Part shown: positions 37,440-51,303 of the stretch, piece after piece
Layout of the letters: each line of letters opens with the position of its first letter
How positions within the stretch are numbered: the stretch's first letter is position 1
Assembly: GCF_036321535.1 (NCBI RefSeq)
Contig: NC_087436.1
Coordinates: forward strand, 87,236,001 to 87,300,000
DNA length: 64,000 nt
Reading direction: 5' to 3'
Source: Camelus dromedarius
Taxonomy: Eukaryota
The notes under the pieces: model-generated
Databases searched by the model: none
What the model was told of the DNA's origin: nothing
Seen by the model: only the letters and a program-made list of their open reading frames with translations
Position numbers and translations under genes: made by a program

Positions 37440-39455
37440 TTTTTTCTCATTTCTTTTTAAATTGAAGTATATTCAGTTTACAATGTTGTGTCAATTTCTG
37501 GCGTACAGCAAAATGTTTCAGTCATGCATATACATATATATATATTCCTTTTCATATTCTCTTTCATTATAGGTTACTACAAGATACTGAATGTACATTC
37601 CTGTACTATACATTATAAACTTGTTGTTTATCTATTTTATATATATAGTAGTTAGTATCTGCAAATCTCAAACTCCCAATTCATCCCTTTCCACCCCCTT
37701 CCCTGCCCCCAGCAACCATAATTTTGTTTTCTATGTCTGTGAGTCTGTTTCTGTTTTGTAGGTAAGTTCATTAGTGTCTTTTTTTTAGATTCCACATATG
37801 AGTGATATCATATGGTATTTTTCTTTCTCTTTCTGGCTTACTTCACTTAGAATAACAATCTCCAGGTCCATCCATGATGCTGCAAATGGCATTATTTTAT
37901 TCTTTTTATGGCTGAGTAGTATTCCATTGTATAAATATACCACAACTTCTTTATCCAGTCATCTGTAGATGGACATTTAGGTTGTTTCCATGTCTTGGCT
38001 ATTGTAAATAGTGCTGCCGTGAACATTGGGGTACATGTATCTTTTCAAATTAGAGTTCCCTTGGGATATATGCCCAGGAATGGGATTGCTAGATCATATG
38101 GTAAGTCTATTTTTAGTTTTTTAAGAAATCTCCATACTGTCTTCCATAATGGCTGCGTGAAACTACATTCCCCCCAACAGTGTAGGAGGGTTCCCTTTTC
38201 TCCACACCCTCTCCAGCATTTATCGTTTATGGACTTTTTAATGAGGCCTATTCTGACTGTTGTGAGGTGATACCTCATTGTAGCTTTGATTCGCATTTCT
38301 CTGATAATTAGGGATACTGAGCATTTTTTCATGTGCCTATTGGCCATTTGTATGTCTTCATTGGAGGATTGCTTGTTTAAGTCTTCTGCCCATTTTTTGA
38401 TTGGTTTGTTTGTTGTTTTGTTATTAAGCTATATGAGCTGTTTATACATCCTGGAATTAAGCCCTTGTCAGTCACATCATTTGCAAATATTTTCTGCCAG
38501 TCCATAGGTTCTCTTTTTGTTTTGTTTATGTTTTCCTTTGCTGTGCAAAAGCTTATACATTTAATTAGGTCCCATTGTTTATTTTTGCTTTCATTTCTAT
38601 CGCCTGGGTAGACTGCCCTAGGAGAACATTGCTAAGATTGATGTCAGAAAATGTCTTGCTTGTGTTTCCTTCTAGGAGGTTTACAGTGTCTGGTCTTATG
38701 TTTTAAGTCTTTAAGCTATTTTAAGTTTATTTTTGTGTCTGGTGTGAGGGAGTGTTCAAATTTCACATGATTTACACATGGTTGTCCAGCTTTCCCAACA
38801 CTACTTGCTGAAGAGACTGTCTTTTCTCCATTGTATATTCTTTCTTCTTTTTCCAAAATTAATTGATCATAGGTATGTTCATTTATTTCTGGGCTCTCTA
38901 TTCTGTTCCATTGATCCGTATGTCTGTTTTTATGCCAATACCATGCTGTTTTGATTATTGTAGCTCTGTAGTATTGTCTGAAGTCTGGGAGGGTTATTCC
39001 TCCAGCTTCATTCTTTTCTTCAACATTCCTTTCGCTGTTCCGAGTCTTATGATTCCATATAAATTTTAGGGTTATTTGTTCTACTTCTGTGAAAAGTGTT
39101 CTGAGTAATTTGATAGGGATCACATTAAATCTGTAGGTTGCTTTGGGTAGTATGGCCATTTTAACAGTATTAATTCTTCCAATCTAAGAGCATGGGATAT
39201 CTTTCCATTTCTATAAGTCATCTTTAACTTCCTTAATCAGTTTTGTAGTTCTCCACATATGAGTCTTTCACCTCCTTGATCAGGTTTATTCCCAAGTATT
39301 TTTTACTTTTATTTTTTCATGTGATTTTAAAAGGTATTATTTCTTTCCTTTTCTGATATTTCATTGTTAGTGTAAAGAACACAGCTGTTTTCTGTATGTT
39401 AATCTTGTGTCCTGCTACCTTGCTGAGTTCTTTTATCAGCTGTAGGAGTTTTTTT
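37440..39455 (-). mobile_element. 5'-truncated L1 (ORF2 C-terminal part + 3'UTR)
   Basis: Minus-strand ORFs resemble L1 ORF2p ([49 protein letters not shown]), frameshifted; poly-T end. Confidence 0.95.
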
Positions 39456-40869
39456 ATGCTTGGTGGCTTTAAGACATATTTATATCTGTTCCTGGAGCTA
39501 GAAGGTTGTCTAAAGACCTGCTTTATTAAGTACCAATTGTATGCTCCTTCTTGACTTGTTTGCAGGGGTTAAAATTGATTCAGTAGATGTTCTGAGCCCT
39601 TCACAGGAGAGGAGTTAAGAATGGGCGACGCAGTCAGGTGGGATCACTCACTGAGCTGAGGTTCTGAGTTCCCAGGACTCAGGTGGGCTGTAGTCGCCAT
39701 TTTCCCCTCAGCCCAGCATTTTGGCACTGCCTCTAAGCCAGCACATTTTCAGTTCCTGGCTGGACAGCTTGGAACTGCCACCTGGTCACCTTTTCTACTA
39801 AGCCCAGCAAAGGAGTCTTTGGAATTTAGAAGCACATTTGAATAGAATTTTAATTACTCAGAAACTTAGCAAAGCTTATGATTTACATGTATGCCCTATG
39901 TATTATTCTGTTAATTGATTTGTAATTAATTAATAAGAGCAAGTAGTGTCTCTCCCACCCTTTTAACACTAGTTTTGGGGGAACTCCATGCCCAGAATTG
40001 CGGGAGAAGAAAGGAGAATAAGATGTAGCCTGGACCTGCTGAGAGTATTGGAGTCTTAGTGATATATATGTTTCCTTGGAGACAAGCTGTGTTTTCAGTT
40101 AAACCAGAATGAGATCCCTGTGTGTGGGAAGAAAATGGTTTTATTTTCTGGCAGCTTTCTGGGAAGAGAGAAAAGAAAAAGAATATTGCTTGATCATCAC
40201 TCATTGCTTTTGACTATGTCAGTGTGAGACGGGGGAGAGAGAAGAATCCGAATGGAAAGGTTTAGTGCCATGTTTTGATGTCCCGGGTGGAGCTGGTCCA
40301 CCCGAGCAGTGCTTTCTCACACTCTTAATTCTGGAAGCAGTTTGCCCTGGGAATTGAGAGGGTTACAGTAACTGTCTCCAGTCAGTTAATTAGACTTGTA
40401 CCTTTCTTCTCTCTCCCTGTAACAATTAAGTGGAGGAAGAGATTTGCATCTAAAGGGAGACAGTGTTTCTTTGTTTTCACCCTTCTTCAAGTACAAGAGC
40501 TTTAGTAGAACCTAATTTTAGCTATCCAAATTATGTATGGTTTCAGTTGGTTATAATCCTTTTATTATCTCCCAGAGGAGGGCCATTTAGATTTTTTTAA
40601 AAGCTTTACTAATTAAAAAAATATAGTGCCTGTGAATTATTTTTAAAAAGTCAGACACAGGAATGTATAAAAAGAAAATCATTCGTAATTCTGCCACCCA
40701 GATGCCACTGTTGGCGCTTAGACATCTTTTCATTTGTTCAGTCTTTTGTTCAGTTACATATTCATTTATTTAGTAAATATGTACTGGGTACCTATTAAAT
40801 GCTAGAAATTACTTTATGCACTAGGGATATAACAGTTAAAGCAAACAGAAAAGACAGTCCCTGCTCTTT

Positions 40870-43800
40870 ATATTTACTAATATACACATTTAATGCTATA
40901 CGGTTTCCTTTTAGCACTGTTTTAGCTACATCCCACAAATTTTGATACATTTTCTTTGTCATTAGTTCAAAATATTTTCTAATTTCTCTGTGGTTTTTTT
41001 CTTTGACCCATGTATTACTTAGAAATATGTTGTTTGATTTTCAAATATTTGGTATTTTCCTAGATATCTTAATGTTTTCCAGTTTAATTCTGTTTTGGTT
41101 AGGGAATATATTCTGTATGATTTCAGTCTTTTAAAACTTACTATGACATGCTTTGTATCCTAACACATGATCCATCTTGGTAAATGTACTTGAAAGCAGA
41201 GTCTTTCAATCATAGAACCATATACTTGTAGGATCAGATCATTCTCTGTGGTGGGGGCTGTCCTGTGCATGTTTAACAGCATCCCTGGCTGCTTCCTGCT
41301 AGATGCCAGCGGCATCTCCCAAGGTGTGATAACAAAAATATCTCTAGACAGTGCCAAATGTCCCCTGGAAGGAAAGATTTCCCTTGCTGAGAACCACTGA
41401 GTTGAAAAGAATGTATATTTTGCGGTCATTGGGCATAGTATTCTGTAATTGTCAATAGGTCATGATGGTAGAGTTATTCAGGTTATCTATTTTAAAAAAA
41501 TTTTTCTCCCTAGTTTATCATTTGCCGAGAAAGGGATATTAAAATATCTAACTGTAATTGTGGGATTGCCTTGTTCTTCCCTCTAATTCTGTCCATTTTT
41601 GCTTCATGAATGTTTTTGCTTTTTAAAAACAAACTTTGTTGAGGTACCATTTATGTACCATGAAGTTCATCTGTTCAGTGATTTTTTTTTAATGTGTGTG
41701 TGTGATTTGCTGAGTTGTGCAACTATCAGAATAATCCAATTTTAAAATATTTCCATCACACCAATAAGATCCCTTATATCCAACAGTTAATCTGTTGCAG
41801 GCCCCGGGCCACCACTGAGCTACTTTCTGTCTTTAGATATTTGCCTTTTCTGGACATTTTGTATAAATGGAATCATATAACATATGTCTTTTGTGTCTGA
41901 TTTCTCTCACTTATGTAACATTTTTGAGATTCATTACGTTGTAGCATGTGGTTTATTCCTTTTTATTGGTGAACAGTGTTCCAGTTTCATGTATTTTTGA
42001 GGCTCTATTATGAGGGACTTCCATACTTTGATTATGTGTTTCTAGTAGGTTGACCCAATTATTAGGAAATATCTTTTATTTCTCATAATTTTGTCTAAAA
42101 CCTGTTTTATCTTATATTAATATAGCCAACTATATACATATGTTAACTCTTTGCACAGTATATCTTTTTCCATCCATTTATTTTCAGCTGATCTGTGTCT
42201 TTATATTTAAAGTATAGCTCTTATGGATAGTGTATAGCTGGTCTTGCTTAAAAAAAAAATCCAACTCAATTTCTGACTTTTACTTGAAAAATTTATTCCA
42301 TTAATATTTAATATAATTATTGATATGGTTGGGCTTCAGGCTTCCATTTTCTTATTTGTTTGCAATTTATTCCCCCTCAGCTTTTTGTTTCTCTATTCCT
42401 CTTCCTCTGCTTTTTTCCTTTTCTTTTTGGATTATCTGTGTATGTGTGTATTTAACAGTTCCATTTTAATTTTCCTCTTAGTATATCTTTGTATGTTGTT
42501 TTCTAGCAGTTGCTCTAGAGATTACAATTTATATTCTTCACTTATCACAGTCCTCTTACAGTTTATAATGTTACTATTTCACATAAAAGATAGATAACTT
42601 ACCACTGTGTGGTTGCACATTTTCTTCCACCCCTGACCTACCTTGTCCTTATGCTATAGTTGTTATATGTATTACATGTGCGTATAATATAACCCCCACA
42701 GGACAATGTCATGACTCCTATTTTTGATGCTCTTCATTCTTTCTTGAGGACCTGGATTTCCATCTGGTAGCATGTCCCTTTGGTTTGAAGAACTTCCTTT
42801 AACCTTTCATGTGGTGCAGGTATGTTAATAATGAATTCTCTTCATTTTGTTTTCACTCTTGAAGGATTTACCTACAGGATATGGGAATTCTTCAATAGTT
42901 CTTTTAGCACATTAAAGATGTTCCACTGTCTTCTGGCCTCTGTAATTTCTGATGAGAGACCAACTTCCAACTGAATCATTCTCTTGTAATGTGTCATTTT
43001 TCTCTAGATGTTTTTAAACTTTGCTTTTTTTTACCTTTGGCTCCAGTAGTTTGACATTGGCTGGCCTTCTTTATATTTAATCCTGCTTGGTATTTGCTGA
43101 GTATCTTGAATCTATAAATATATATCTTTTACCAAATTTTAGAAATATTCAGCAATTATTTTTCAAATAGTTTTTCTGCCCTATTCTCACTCTTCCCCTT
43201 CTGGGACTCTAATTACATGTCTAATATTATTGAACAGATCTCTTGAACATCTGTTCATTTTTATTTCCTTTTTTTTTTCTTTGTTCTTATTGGATAATTT
43301 CCCTCGCTCTGTCTTCAAGATCTTCCCTCTGTCATCTCCAGTTCTCTGTTCAGTCCATCCAGTATATTAATTTTTTAGTTCTGGAATTTCCATTTGATTC
43401 TTTTTTTTTTTTTTTGACTTATTTTTCTCTGCTGAAATTTCTTATTTTTTTATTCATTATGAGTATATATTTCACTTTACCAAAGAATGTATAATCGCTT
43501 TTTTAACATTGTGATTTGTTACTTCCAGCACCTGGGTCATCCCAGGGTTGGTCTCAGTTGTTTCATTTTAAGAATGTCTTCCATTTTCCTGGTTCTTCAC
43601 ATATGGTAAGTTTGGATCTTATCTAGGACATCGAGAAAGTTAAATTTGAGAGACTCTGGGTTCTGTTGTTTTTCTTCAGTGAGTTTTGAGTTTCTTTAGT
43701 TTTAGCAGGTAGTTATTTTGGTTGGACTCAAACTTACAAACTCTGTTTTTCAGGCAGCAGTTTGACTCTTAGGGCGGCCCTTCTGTCTCTAGCTGAGTTG

Positions 43801-44150
43801 CAGTGAGTGTACCCTGTGCATGTGTGTGACCCAGGGGTCAGCCAGAGATGTGGGCAGACAGAGTTGGGGATACCTTCTCAGATTGTTTCCCTTCTTCCCA
43901 GTGGCAATGGTTTCCCGATTCGTTTTTCTGGCTTCTAGTCTAGAAAGACTGCATTACCCCCTCACGGATCCCCAGGTAAAGGCTGTGAAACCATGAACTG
44001 ATTCTTTGCAACTCTCTTCCTCCAAGTGTAGACTTCTCATCTGCCTGTTGGTCTTTGTCCTCCATGCCTTCAGGTAGCTGCTGTTTGTAGTTATCTGAGT
44101 TTCTAGTTTTCTGGAGGAGTGTTGGAAGGGCAGGATCTTAGTCATTACCG
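40870..44150 (-). mobile_element. Old L1M element 5' half (ORF2 endonuclease start, spacer, ORF1, 5' region) with nested insertions
   Basis: Degenerate L1 motifs (catcccacaaattttgata; tttattccattaatatttaatataattattgat; ttccactgtcttctggcctc...tttctgatgaga). Confidence 0.75.
41197..41399. mobile_element. MER20-like hAT-Charlie MITE
   Basis: tgggggctgtcctgtgcat...agcatccctggc...tagatgccag...gccaaatgtcccctg...tgagaaccactg. Confidence 0.85.
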
Positions 44151-44218
44151 AAGCCAGTCTTTTGAACTTCATTTTAATAAGGGGGAAAGAGACAATAAAC
44201 AAGTAAAAATAAAATATA

Positions 44219-44658
44219 CAGACACACCTTGGAGATATTGTGGGTTTGGTTCTAGACCTCTGCAATAAAATGAATATCACAGTGAAGCGAGTCAGACAAA
44301 TTTTTTGGTTTCCTAGTGCGTATAAGTTATTTTTACACTTTTTGTAGTCTGTTAAGTGTGCAATAGCATTATGTCTTTTAAAAAGTTCATACCATAATTA
44401 AATACTTTATGGCTGAAAAATGGTAACCATTATTCAAACCTTCAGTGAGTCATAGACATAGATCACTGATTACAGATCACTGTAAGACCTATAATAATAA
44501 TGAGAAAGTTTTAAATATCGTGCACATTACCAGAATGTGACACAGAGACATGAAGTGAGCAATGCTGTTGCAGATAGACTTGCTTGACACAGGGTTGCCA
44601 CAAATCTTTAATTTGTAAAAAATGCAATATCTGCTAAATGCAGTAAAAGGAACGCCTG
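44219..44658 (-). mobile_element. Tigger1 internal-deletion derivative (TcMar MITE)
   Basis: Ends cagacacaccttggagatattgtgggtttggttc and gcagtaaaaggaacgcctg resemble Tigger1 termini; preceded by TA. Confidence 0.8.
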
Positions 44659-44659
44659 T

Positions 44660-45000
44660 CATGTGTTGGTTATTTGTTGCTCTGTTCTAAGCTACCCCAG
44701 AACTCTGAGCTTAAATTGACTCTGAATTTTTATTAAAATTCATGCCACCATGAATTGGCTGGGGGTCGCCTGAGCCACCTGGACCTGGCCAAACCCATGC
44801 ATTTGTACTTCAGCTGTCATACGCATGTGTCTGCAGGCCGGCAGGGGCTGCGCTCTGGACCAGGCATGGCTGGGGCACCTCAGGGAGAACGGCTCTCCTC
44901 CGGGGGTCGCTCATCTTCTGGGGAACAGTGGGTAGCCTGGGTTACCCTTCTCATGGTGATGGCAGAGTGCAGGAGAGCAATCTCATGTGATACCCACAGT
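44660..45000. mobile_element. Old MLT1 (F/G/H-like) LTR remnant
   Basis: tgtgttggttatttgttgct...taccccagaact...ttctcatggtgatggcagagtgcaggagagc. Confidence 0.5.
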
Positions 45001-46255
45001 GCAGTAGCCCATTCCCAACTTTTGGACCATTTTAGGCCATTACGATGTTTTGCCCCTCCCTGATTTGTTGAGTGCTTACTTCTTTAAGCACTTTACATGT
45101 ATGAAATAGATACTCTTGCTGCCCCCACTTTGCAGGTGAGAAAACTGAGGTGCAGAGAGGCTAAGTACCTGGCCTAAAGTCATCTACTTTCTAAGTGACA
45201 GAGAGAGGATGTGGAGCTGGGCAGCCTGCCTGTACCCATTCTTGTGTGTACTTGGAAAAGTATAAGGGATTGTGTCCGCATCCCTGAATGTTTCTTTAGA
45301 TAATTTCCCAGCAGTGAAGTATTGAGTCACAGGATAGTTGTCACATTTACAGGAATGTTATTTTCGTTTTGCTGCCTGTTGCCTGGGCAGCTCAAAGTTG
45401 CTGCTGAGCTAGTTTGTCCCTTCCACTCCAAGACAGAAGAACACCAGGCTTGCTGGTGGGCTGCTGGGAGGCAAGCCTCAGTTGGTGAGCTTCCATGAGC
45501 ACAGACCCCGAATTGGGGTGGTGTGAGCTGTGGGGGCAGAAAAGCATCAGAAAGCTGGTGACCAGCTTGGCTGAGAGTTGTCCACAGTCTGATGGGCCCG
45601 TGTAAGCCAAGGCTCCCAGCCAGCTCCAGGTCTGCTTGTTCTCACGGACAGCATGGGGGGTGGTCTGCAGATGATGACACTTCCTGGGCCAGAGGACAAC
45701 TGTATGTGTAGTGAGCGTGACCTTCCAGCCCATAGCACACTAGGCTCCCTGGCCACACTCGCAGTTTGAGTGATGGCACAAGAGGAAGGGACTGATTTTA
45801 AGGGACTGGCAGGAAGTACAGACAACTTAACTCAGGGTGATCATCTGAGCAGGAGGCTTTTTAAGGCTGTGGGCCTTCTTGCATTTCCATTGTTACCATT
45901 CTGCCAGTCTGAGCCCTATGGGTACCTGTGCGATCCTTCCTACTTTGAAATAGCGGGGGAAATGAATGGACAGGAAGAGAAATTGGGTTGAATTTTAGTT
46001 ATGAAAAGTCTGAATCAAAGCTGAGATGCAGATAAGGTTAAATTGAGAATTTAGGGTTTTCTCTTGTTCTGGATTGTTTTCAAGGTAACTGGTTGCCAGT
46101 AAGTATACATGTATAAAGCCACATATGACTTTGACTGCCTTTGTGGTTTTTGGTTACTGTAAGTGTTCAGAGTTTTAGCTACTTGAGTATTACGTATTAT
46201 GTTTCTAATATCTTCTTTCTTTCTTTCTTTCTTTTTTTTTTTTTTTTTGCTTCAG

Positions 46256-46332
46256 GTTAGTAGCAAAGATGAAGATTTTCTTGACCTTTCTGTCGATGTG
46301 GAGCAGAATACATCTATTACCCATTGTCTAAG
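46256..46332 (+). CDS. USP46: USP46 coding exon 5 ([25 protein letters not shown])
   Basis: Long pyrimidine tract + cag acceptor, gtaacc donor; 77 nt; frame consistent with neighbouring exons. Confidence 0.96.
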
Positions 46333-48479
46333 GTAACCTCATGAATTCTGACTGTGGTCTGAGCTTTTGATCAGGCTAGTAAGTAAGTAGGAGAAAAAAA
46401 ATCCTGTATTTCTTCAGGAGATAATCTTCCTTTTTGTTAAACCAATATAATCCTATTATTTTCTATTTCTTCTTTCCCAAGAGAGATTAAAAATAAGTAT
46501 ATGTGGTCTGGAGAAGAGTCCTGCTGAGAAGAGAGAGGATCAAGTGGAAGTCATTAGTCATTATGTTTAAAATAAGTTTTTAATCTTTAATACAGATGTA
46601 TACTTTGGCCTCCATCAGTCTCTCACACACAGACACAGTCACAGAGTCACACAATGAAGTTGAAAAGTGCTACAGATGCCCACCATTAACTTTCTTTTCC
46701 TAAGCTAATGTGTTATTTCAAAAATTATGCCCTTTTGAGCTGAGAACCGATGAGGGCATTGCCTTCCCCTCCGTCCTTTAGCATTGTGTGGAGATCATTC
46801 ATGGACAAAACTTCGTCCCCATGAGAGGTGAGGGGAGATAAGCAGCCAGGAGGGTAAGCACGACACACAGCCGGGATCACTGCAGGTACTGCATGTTGCC
46901 TTGTGTGCTGAAAACGTGCCCAGAGTTAATATAAAGACACAATTCCCTTGTCCTGTCCTTACTGCCTTCTCCTCCTTTCAACAGGGCATTGTGAGCACTT
47001 AAAATTAGCCTGGCCTTGTTCTGGACGCTGGAAGTAGAGGAGGGAGGGTTGGAGACACATCTCACAAGCACTTACATTCCAGTGGGACTCCTCGGACGGG
47101 GACCCACGCTTTGAAGGAGAGTGCCTGGTAGTGGGGGCGCCGGTGTGGACTGAGTGGTCAGGGCCGGCCTCCCCACTGCTCAGGATACCCCAGCTCAGAG
47201 ACGTTTTATCGTGTCAAAACAAGGCAGTGTTGTTTTTATCAGTGGGAACTGGGTGACAGAGTTGTTCTAGCAGGAGTTCGGTTCACTTAGAACTCTTTAG
47301 CACGGACTACAGGGACTTGCTGTGGCCGTTGACCATCAGAAAGTCATCTTTCAGGGCAAAGGCACCGACTTAAACCTGGAAGAGCTTCTTGGTTCATCGG
47401 GTGTCATGTATTGTGCAAGCTGGGGGCTGACTGCTCTCCGATCCCCAGGAGTCTGAGCCAGCCCCCACACCCCATAGTTACCTTAGTGCCTCCTGTTGGT
47501 TTGGCATTTCAGTCCTTGTCTCAAATTCCTTGGGTCCAGGTGTGTAGGACACATTTGTTATCTCTTTGTTTGCAAAGTGTGCTGTAGGTCAGGATGGCCC
47601 TTTTTCTCCTGAGTGGTTCTCTTTATGGCGTGGGCTCCTGATATTCCTGTGAAAAAGAAGCCATTTTCAATTTCCCCGATGTTTTGTGGTCACAGGGAGT
47701 AGAAAAAGTTAAGGTTGTGCCAACGCTGGTCGTAGGTGCAGGAATGGGAGGAAAGGTATTCCTTCCCCATTCTCCTTCTTTGAGAAGGGGAGTTAAGGAG
47801 AATTTGGAGTTAGGAGGCTGACTGCTTCTCCTCCCATCTAAGAAATCCCTGAGCTGTTCAAAAGGGCAGATGGCAGTTGCTGTAGCTTTGAGACCAACCA
47901 GGTAAAGGGCTAATTTTAGTTATAATTTCAACCTTTGGGGAACCTTGTTATAAACAAATGTGGCCCAGAATTATGTTTCCTTTTTTTTTTTCTTTTTTTT
48001 TTTTTTCCTGGAGAAATGTCTATATTGGTGATACATACCTGATGAAGGAGGCTGGAGGTACTTCGAGATGTTAAAGCTGGGAAGGGTGCAGAATAGCCTC
48101 AGAGTGCCTTTTCCGCAACATCAGATTCTCCTCTGATTGGACTGATATTCCTGAAGGCCCCACCCCAACCCATTTTACATCATCCTTATACTAGACCTTG
48201 TCTGACTCACCTAGACCTGCCCTCATATATGCCTTAGAGCTCACCTGCCCAACAGAAATGCAGAGAGGTCTGCTGGGCGTTGCCTGCTGCTGCTCACTGT
48301 TGAGAGTTCCGTGGTGGGGGTGGAAGCTTTCCAGCCTCCCCCAAAAGAACCAAGTGCAGGAGAAAAGCCCAAGGAATAGATGATGCCGGCTGATCCTGAG
48401 CTTTTTCTGTTTGAGACAAAAGAGGAAATGATTCTAATCTTTTCTGGCCCGTTTTAATGCTTTAATTTGGTTTGCATTC

Positions 48480-51303
48480 CTCTTTTTTTTTTAACTTTAT
48501 ATATATTTTTATTGAAGTATAGTCAGTTTACAGTGTTGTGTCGATTTCTGGTGTATAGCACAATGCTTCAGTCATACATGAACATACATATATTCATTTT
48601 CATATTCTTTTTCACCGTAAGTTACTACAAGATATTGAATATAGTTCCCTGTGCTGTCCAGTATGAACTTGTTGTTTATTTTACATATATTAGCATCTGC
48701 AAATCTCAAACTCCCAATTTATCCCTTCCAATCCCCTTCCCCGTCCCTAATAATCATGTTTGTTTTCTATGTCAGAGTCTGTTTTGTACATAAGTTCATT
48801 TGTCTTTATTTTATTTTATTTTATTTTTAGATTCCACATATAAGTGATATCATGTGGTATTTTTCTGACTTGATAATCTTCTTTTGTATTAGCTTGGTTT
48901 CTTTTTGGTTTTTGTGACTCTATTGTATATTTCTAATTTGTGGTTACCCTATTTTTCAAGTATGTTAACCCCTTAGTATATCTGTTTGCTTTAGACTGGT
49001 AGTCATGTAGGCTCAAACACATCCTAAAAAGAATGAAGGAAAAAAAGAGAGAAAATCTATGTTTTCTTTCTCCCCACTCCCACCTTTTATGATATTGATG
49101 TCCTTTTTTTTTTTTTTTAGCATCTTCATGTTTATTCTCTTGCAACTCATTGTAGTTACCGCATTTCCAATTATGGTTTTCTCGTTTCTATAGCTTCTTG
49201 CTTCTTTTCTATTTAGAGTAGATCTCTCAATATCTTGTTTAGCATAGGTTTAGTATTGCTGAATTCTTTTAGTTTTTGCTTGTCTGTGAAATTCTTTGTC
49301 TCTCCTTTTACTCTAAAGGGTAGTCTTGCCAGATAGAGTATCCTAGGTTCCAGCTTTTTCTCATTCAGAACTTTGAATGTATCTTGCCATTTCCTTCTGG
49401 CCTGCAGTGTTTGTGTAGAGAAATGAGCTGAAAGCCTTATGGGGTTCCCTTGTAACTAACTCTTTTTCTCCTGCTGCCTTTAGAATCGTTTCTTTATCTT
49501 TAACTTTGGCTATCTCAATTATAATATATCTTGGTGTGGGTCTGTTTGGGTTCTTGTTTGGGACCCTCTGTGCTTCCTGTACTTGGGTATTTGTTTCCTT
49601 CTTTAGGTTTGGAAAGTTTTCAATCATGATTTCTTCATACACCTTTTCAATCCCCTTTTCTCTTTCTTCCCCTTCTGGGACCCCTATTATGTGTAGATTG
49701 GCACGCTTTATATTATCCCATAGGTCCCTTATATTGCTTTCATTGGTTTTTACTTGCTTTTCTGTCTGCTGTTCTGACTGGGTGATTTCTGTTATCCTGT
49801 CTTCTAAGTCACTTATTCGTTCCTCTGCATTATCTAGTCTGCTTTTTACTGCCTGTAGCTCAGCTCTTACCTCAGCAATTGAATTTTCTCTTTTTAATTG
49901 GCTCTTCTGTATAGTTTCAACTTCCTTTTTAAAGTATTCTGTCTCTATTGATGGTCTCTTTTAGCTCCTTCATTGCATCGATCATCCCCTTTTTGAAGTC
50001 ATGATCTAATAGACTATCGAGGTCTATTTCATTGATCGTTCTTTCAGGGAATTCTCTTGTTCTTTTAGTTGGGAGTGGTTCCTCTGCTGATTCACTTTAC
50101 TTACATTTCTCTGGCTGTGTGGCCTTCTAGACCCATTTCTGAGCTGTGGTGTGTAGTAGGCAGGGTTGGAGCTCTCCAGTTGGGAAGAATAAGCTGAGAT
50201 GTCCACTGGGAAGTGCCCTTTGTGGTGCTGACTGTCACTTGTTATAAGGCTTAGAAAGGACTCTTTGTTCATGTTGCCTTTGTGCCCCGCCTAAGCTGCG
50301 GGAATGTCGGCCACCCACTCTGGTGTCCCCCAAGTTCTGGGCCCCAAGAACCACCAGCGCAGATCTGCCAATGTCAGGCACTAGGGCCCGCCTAGCGAGC
50401 GTGCGGTCACACACCTGAACCCATGGAGTGCCACAGGGTCAGTGCAGAACACAGCCCAGCCACCAGGCCAGCCTGCTGTAAATACCCGTATTCGCCCCTG
50501 CTGTGTGCCAGAACTGCACTCACTGCCTGTCTGTCCCAGAGGGTCCAGAGAGAGGAAATCCACCCTCTCTGCCTGGGGCTGTAAACAAATCTCAGTCCCA
50601 CTTGTGAAGTTGCAAGGCCGCAGGGTATGGATTCAGCTTTCAGTCCCGCCTTCACACACCTCTCCTCAACAATGGAGCCAAGCGGAGACAAAACGGGGGC
50701 TCTGGTGTGGCTGTGTTGGGCCCCCCGCCCCCCATGCACAACAGCAATGGTGCTTTTTTATGGGGGTCGCAGGCTGTTCTGTTTCACATACACCCCCAGC
50801 CAGAGTTCACACCGCCCTCCAGTCCCCTGTGGCTGCCTTGGTATAGTGGGCCCCAGCCCTCTCCCTGGGCTCGTCACCGATCTCCAGCAGGCAGTGTCCG
50901 CTCGTCCCTGCTGGCTTGTGTCTAGGGCTGGGCATTGCAGGGGCCCTCAGTGCCAGTGTCTCCTAGTTCTGTCTGCCAAGCGGCTGCCACTTTCTCCTTG
51001 GAGCCTCGGAAGCTCCACTTCTGTCTGCGCTGACCTCCTGGCGGGAGAGGGGTATCCCAGCATGAGGGTGCCTTTCTTCCTTTGCTTCCCTGCAGGACTG
51101 GTCCCACACTGATTTTTTTCTTTTTTCTTTCTCTTTTTCTCTTACCAGATTTTGTGAGAATCCTGTATTTCAAAGCGAGAGACACTCTGTCAGAGTTCAG
51201 TAGGTGTTCTGTGCAGTTCATTGGGTTTGTAGATGCAATTCTCGGTGTATTAGTGGGAGAGTGTGAGCTGTGAGTCTCCACTCTGCCGTCCTGGCACTTC
51301 CCC
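48480..51303 (-). mobile_element. ORF2-deleted L1 derivative (HAL1-like): 5'UTR + ORF1 + 3'UTR
   Basis: 12-bp TSD tggtttgcattc at 48468-48479 and 51304-51315; degenerate ORF1 about 50095-49213 (ENFPNL...QEAQRVPNK...PTPRYIII); L1 3'UTR 48483-48866. Confidence 0.85.

Noticed and set aside
37995..39159. Host protein-coding ORFs
   Set aside because: Frameshifted L1 ORF2 fragments and their antisense shadows
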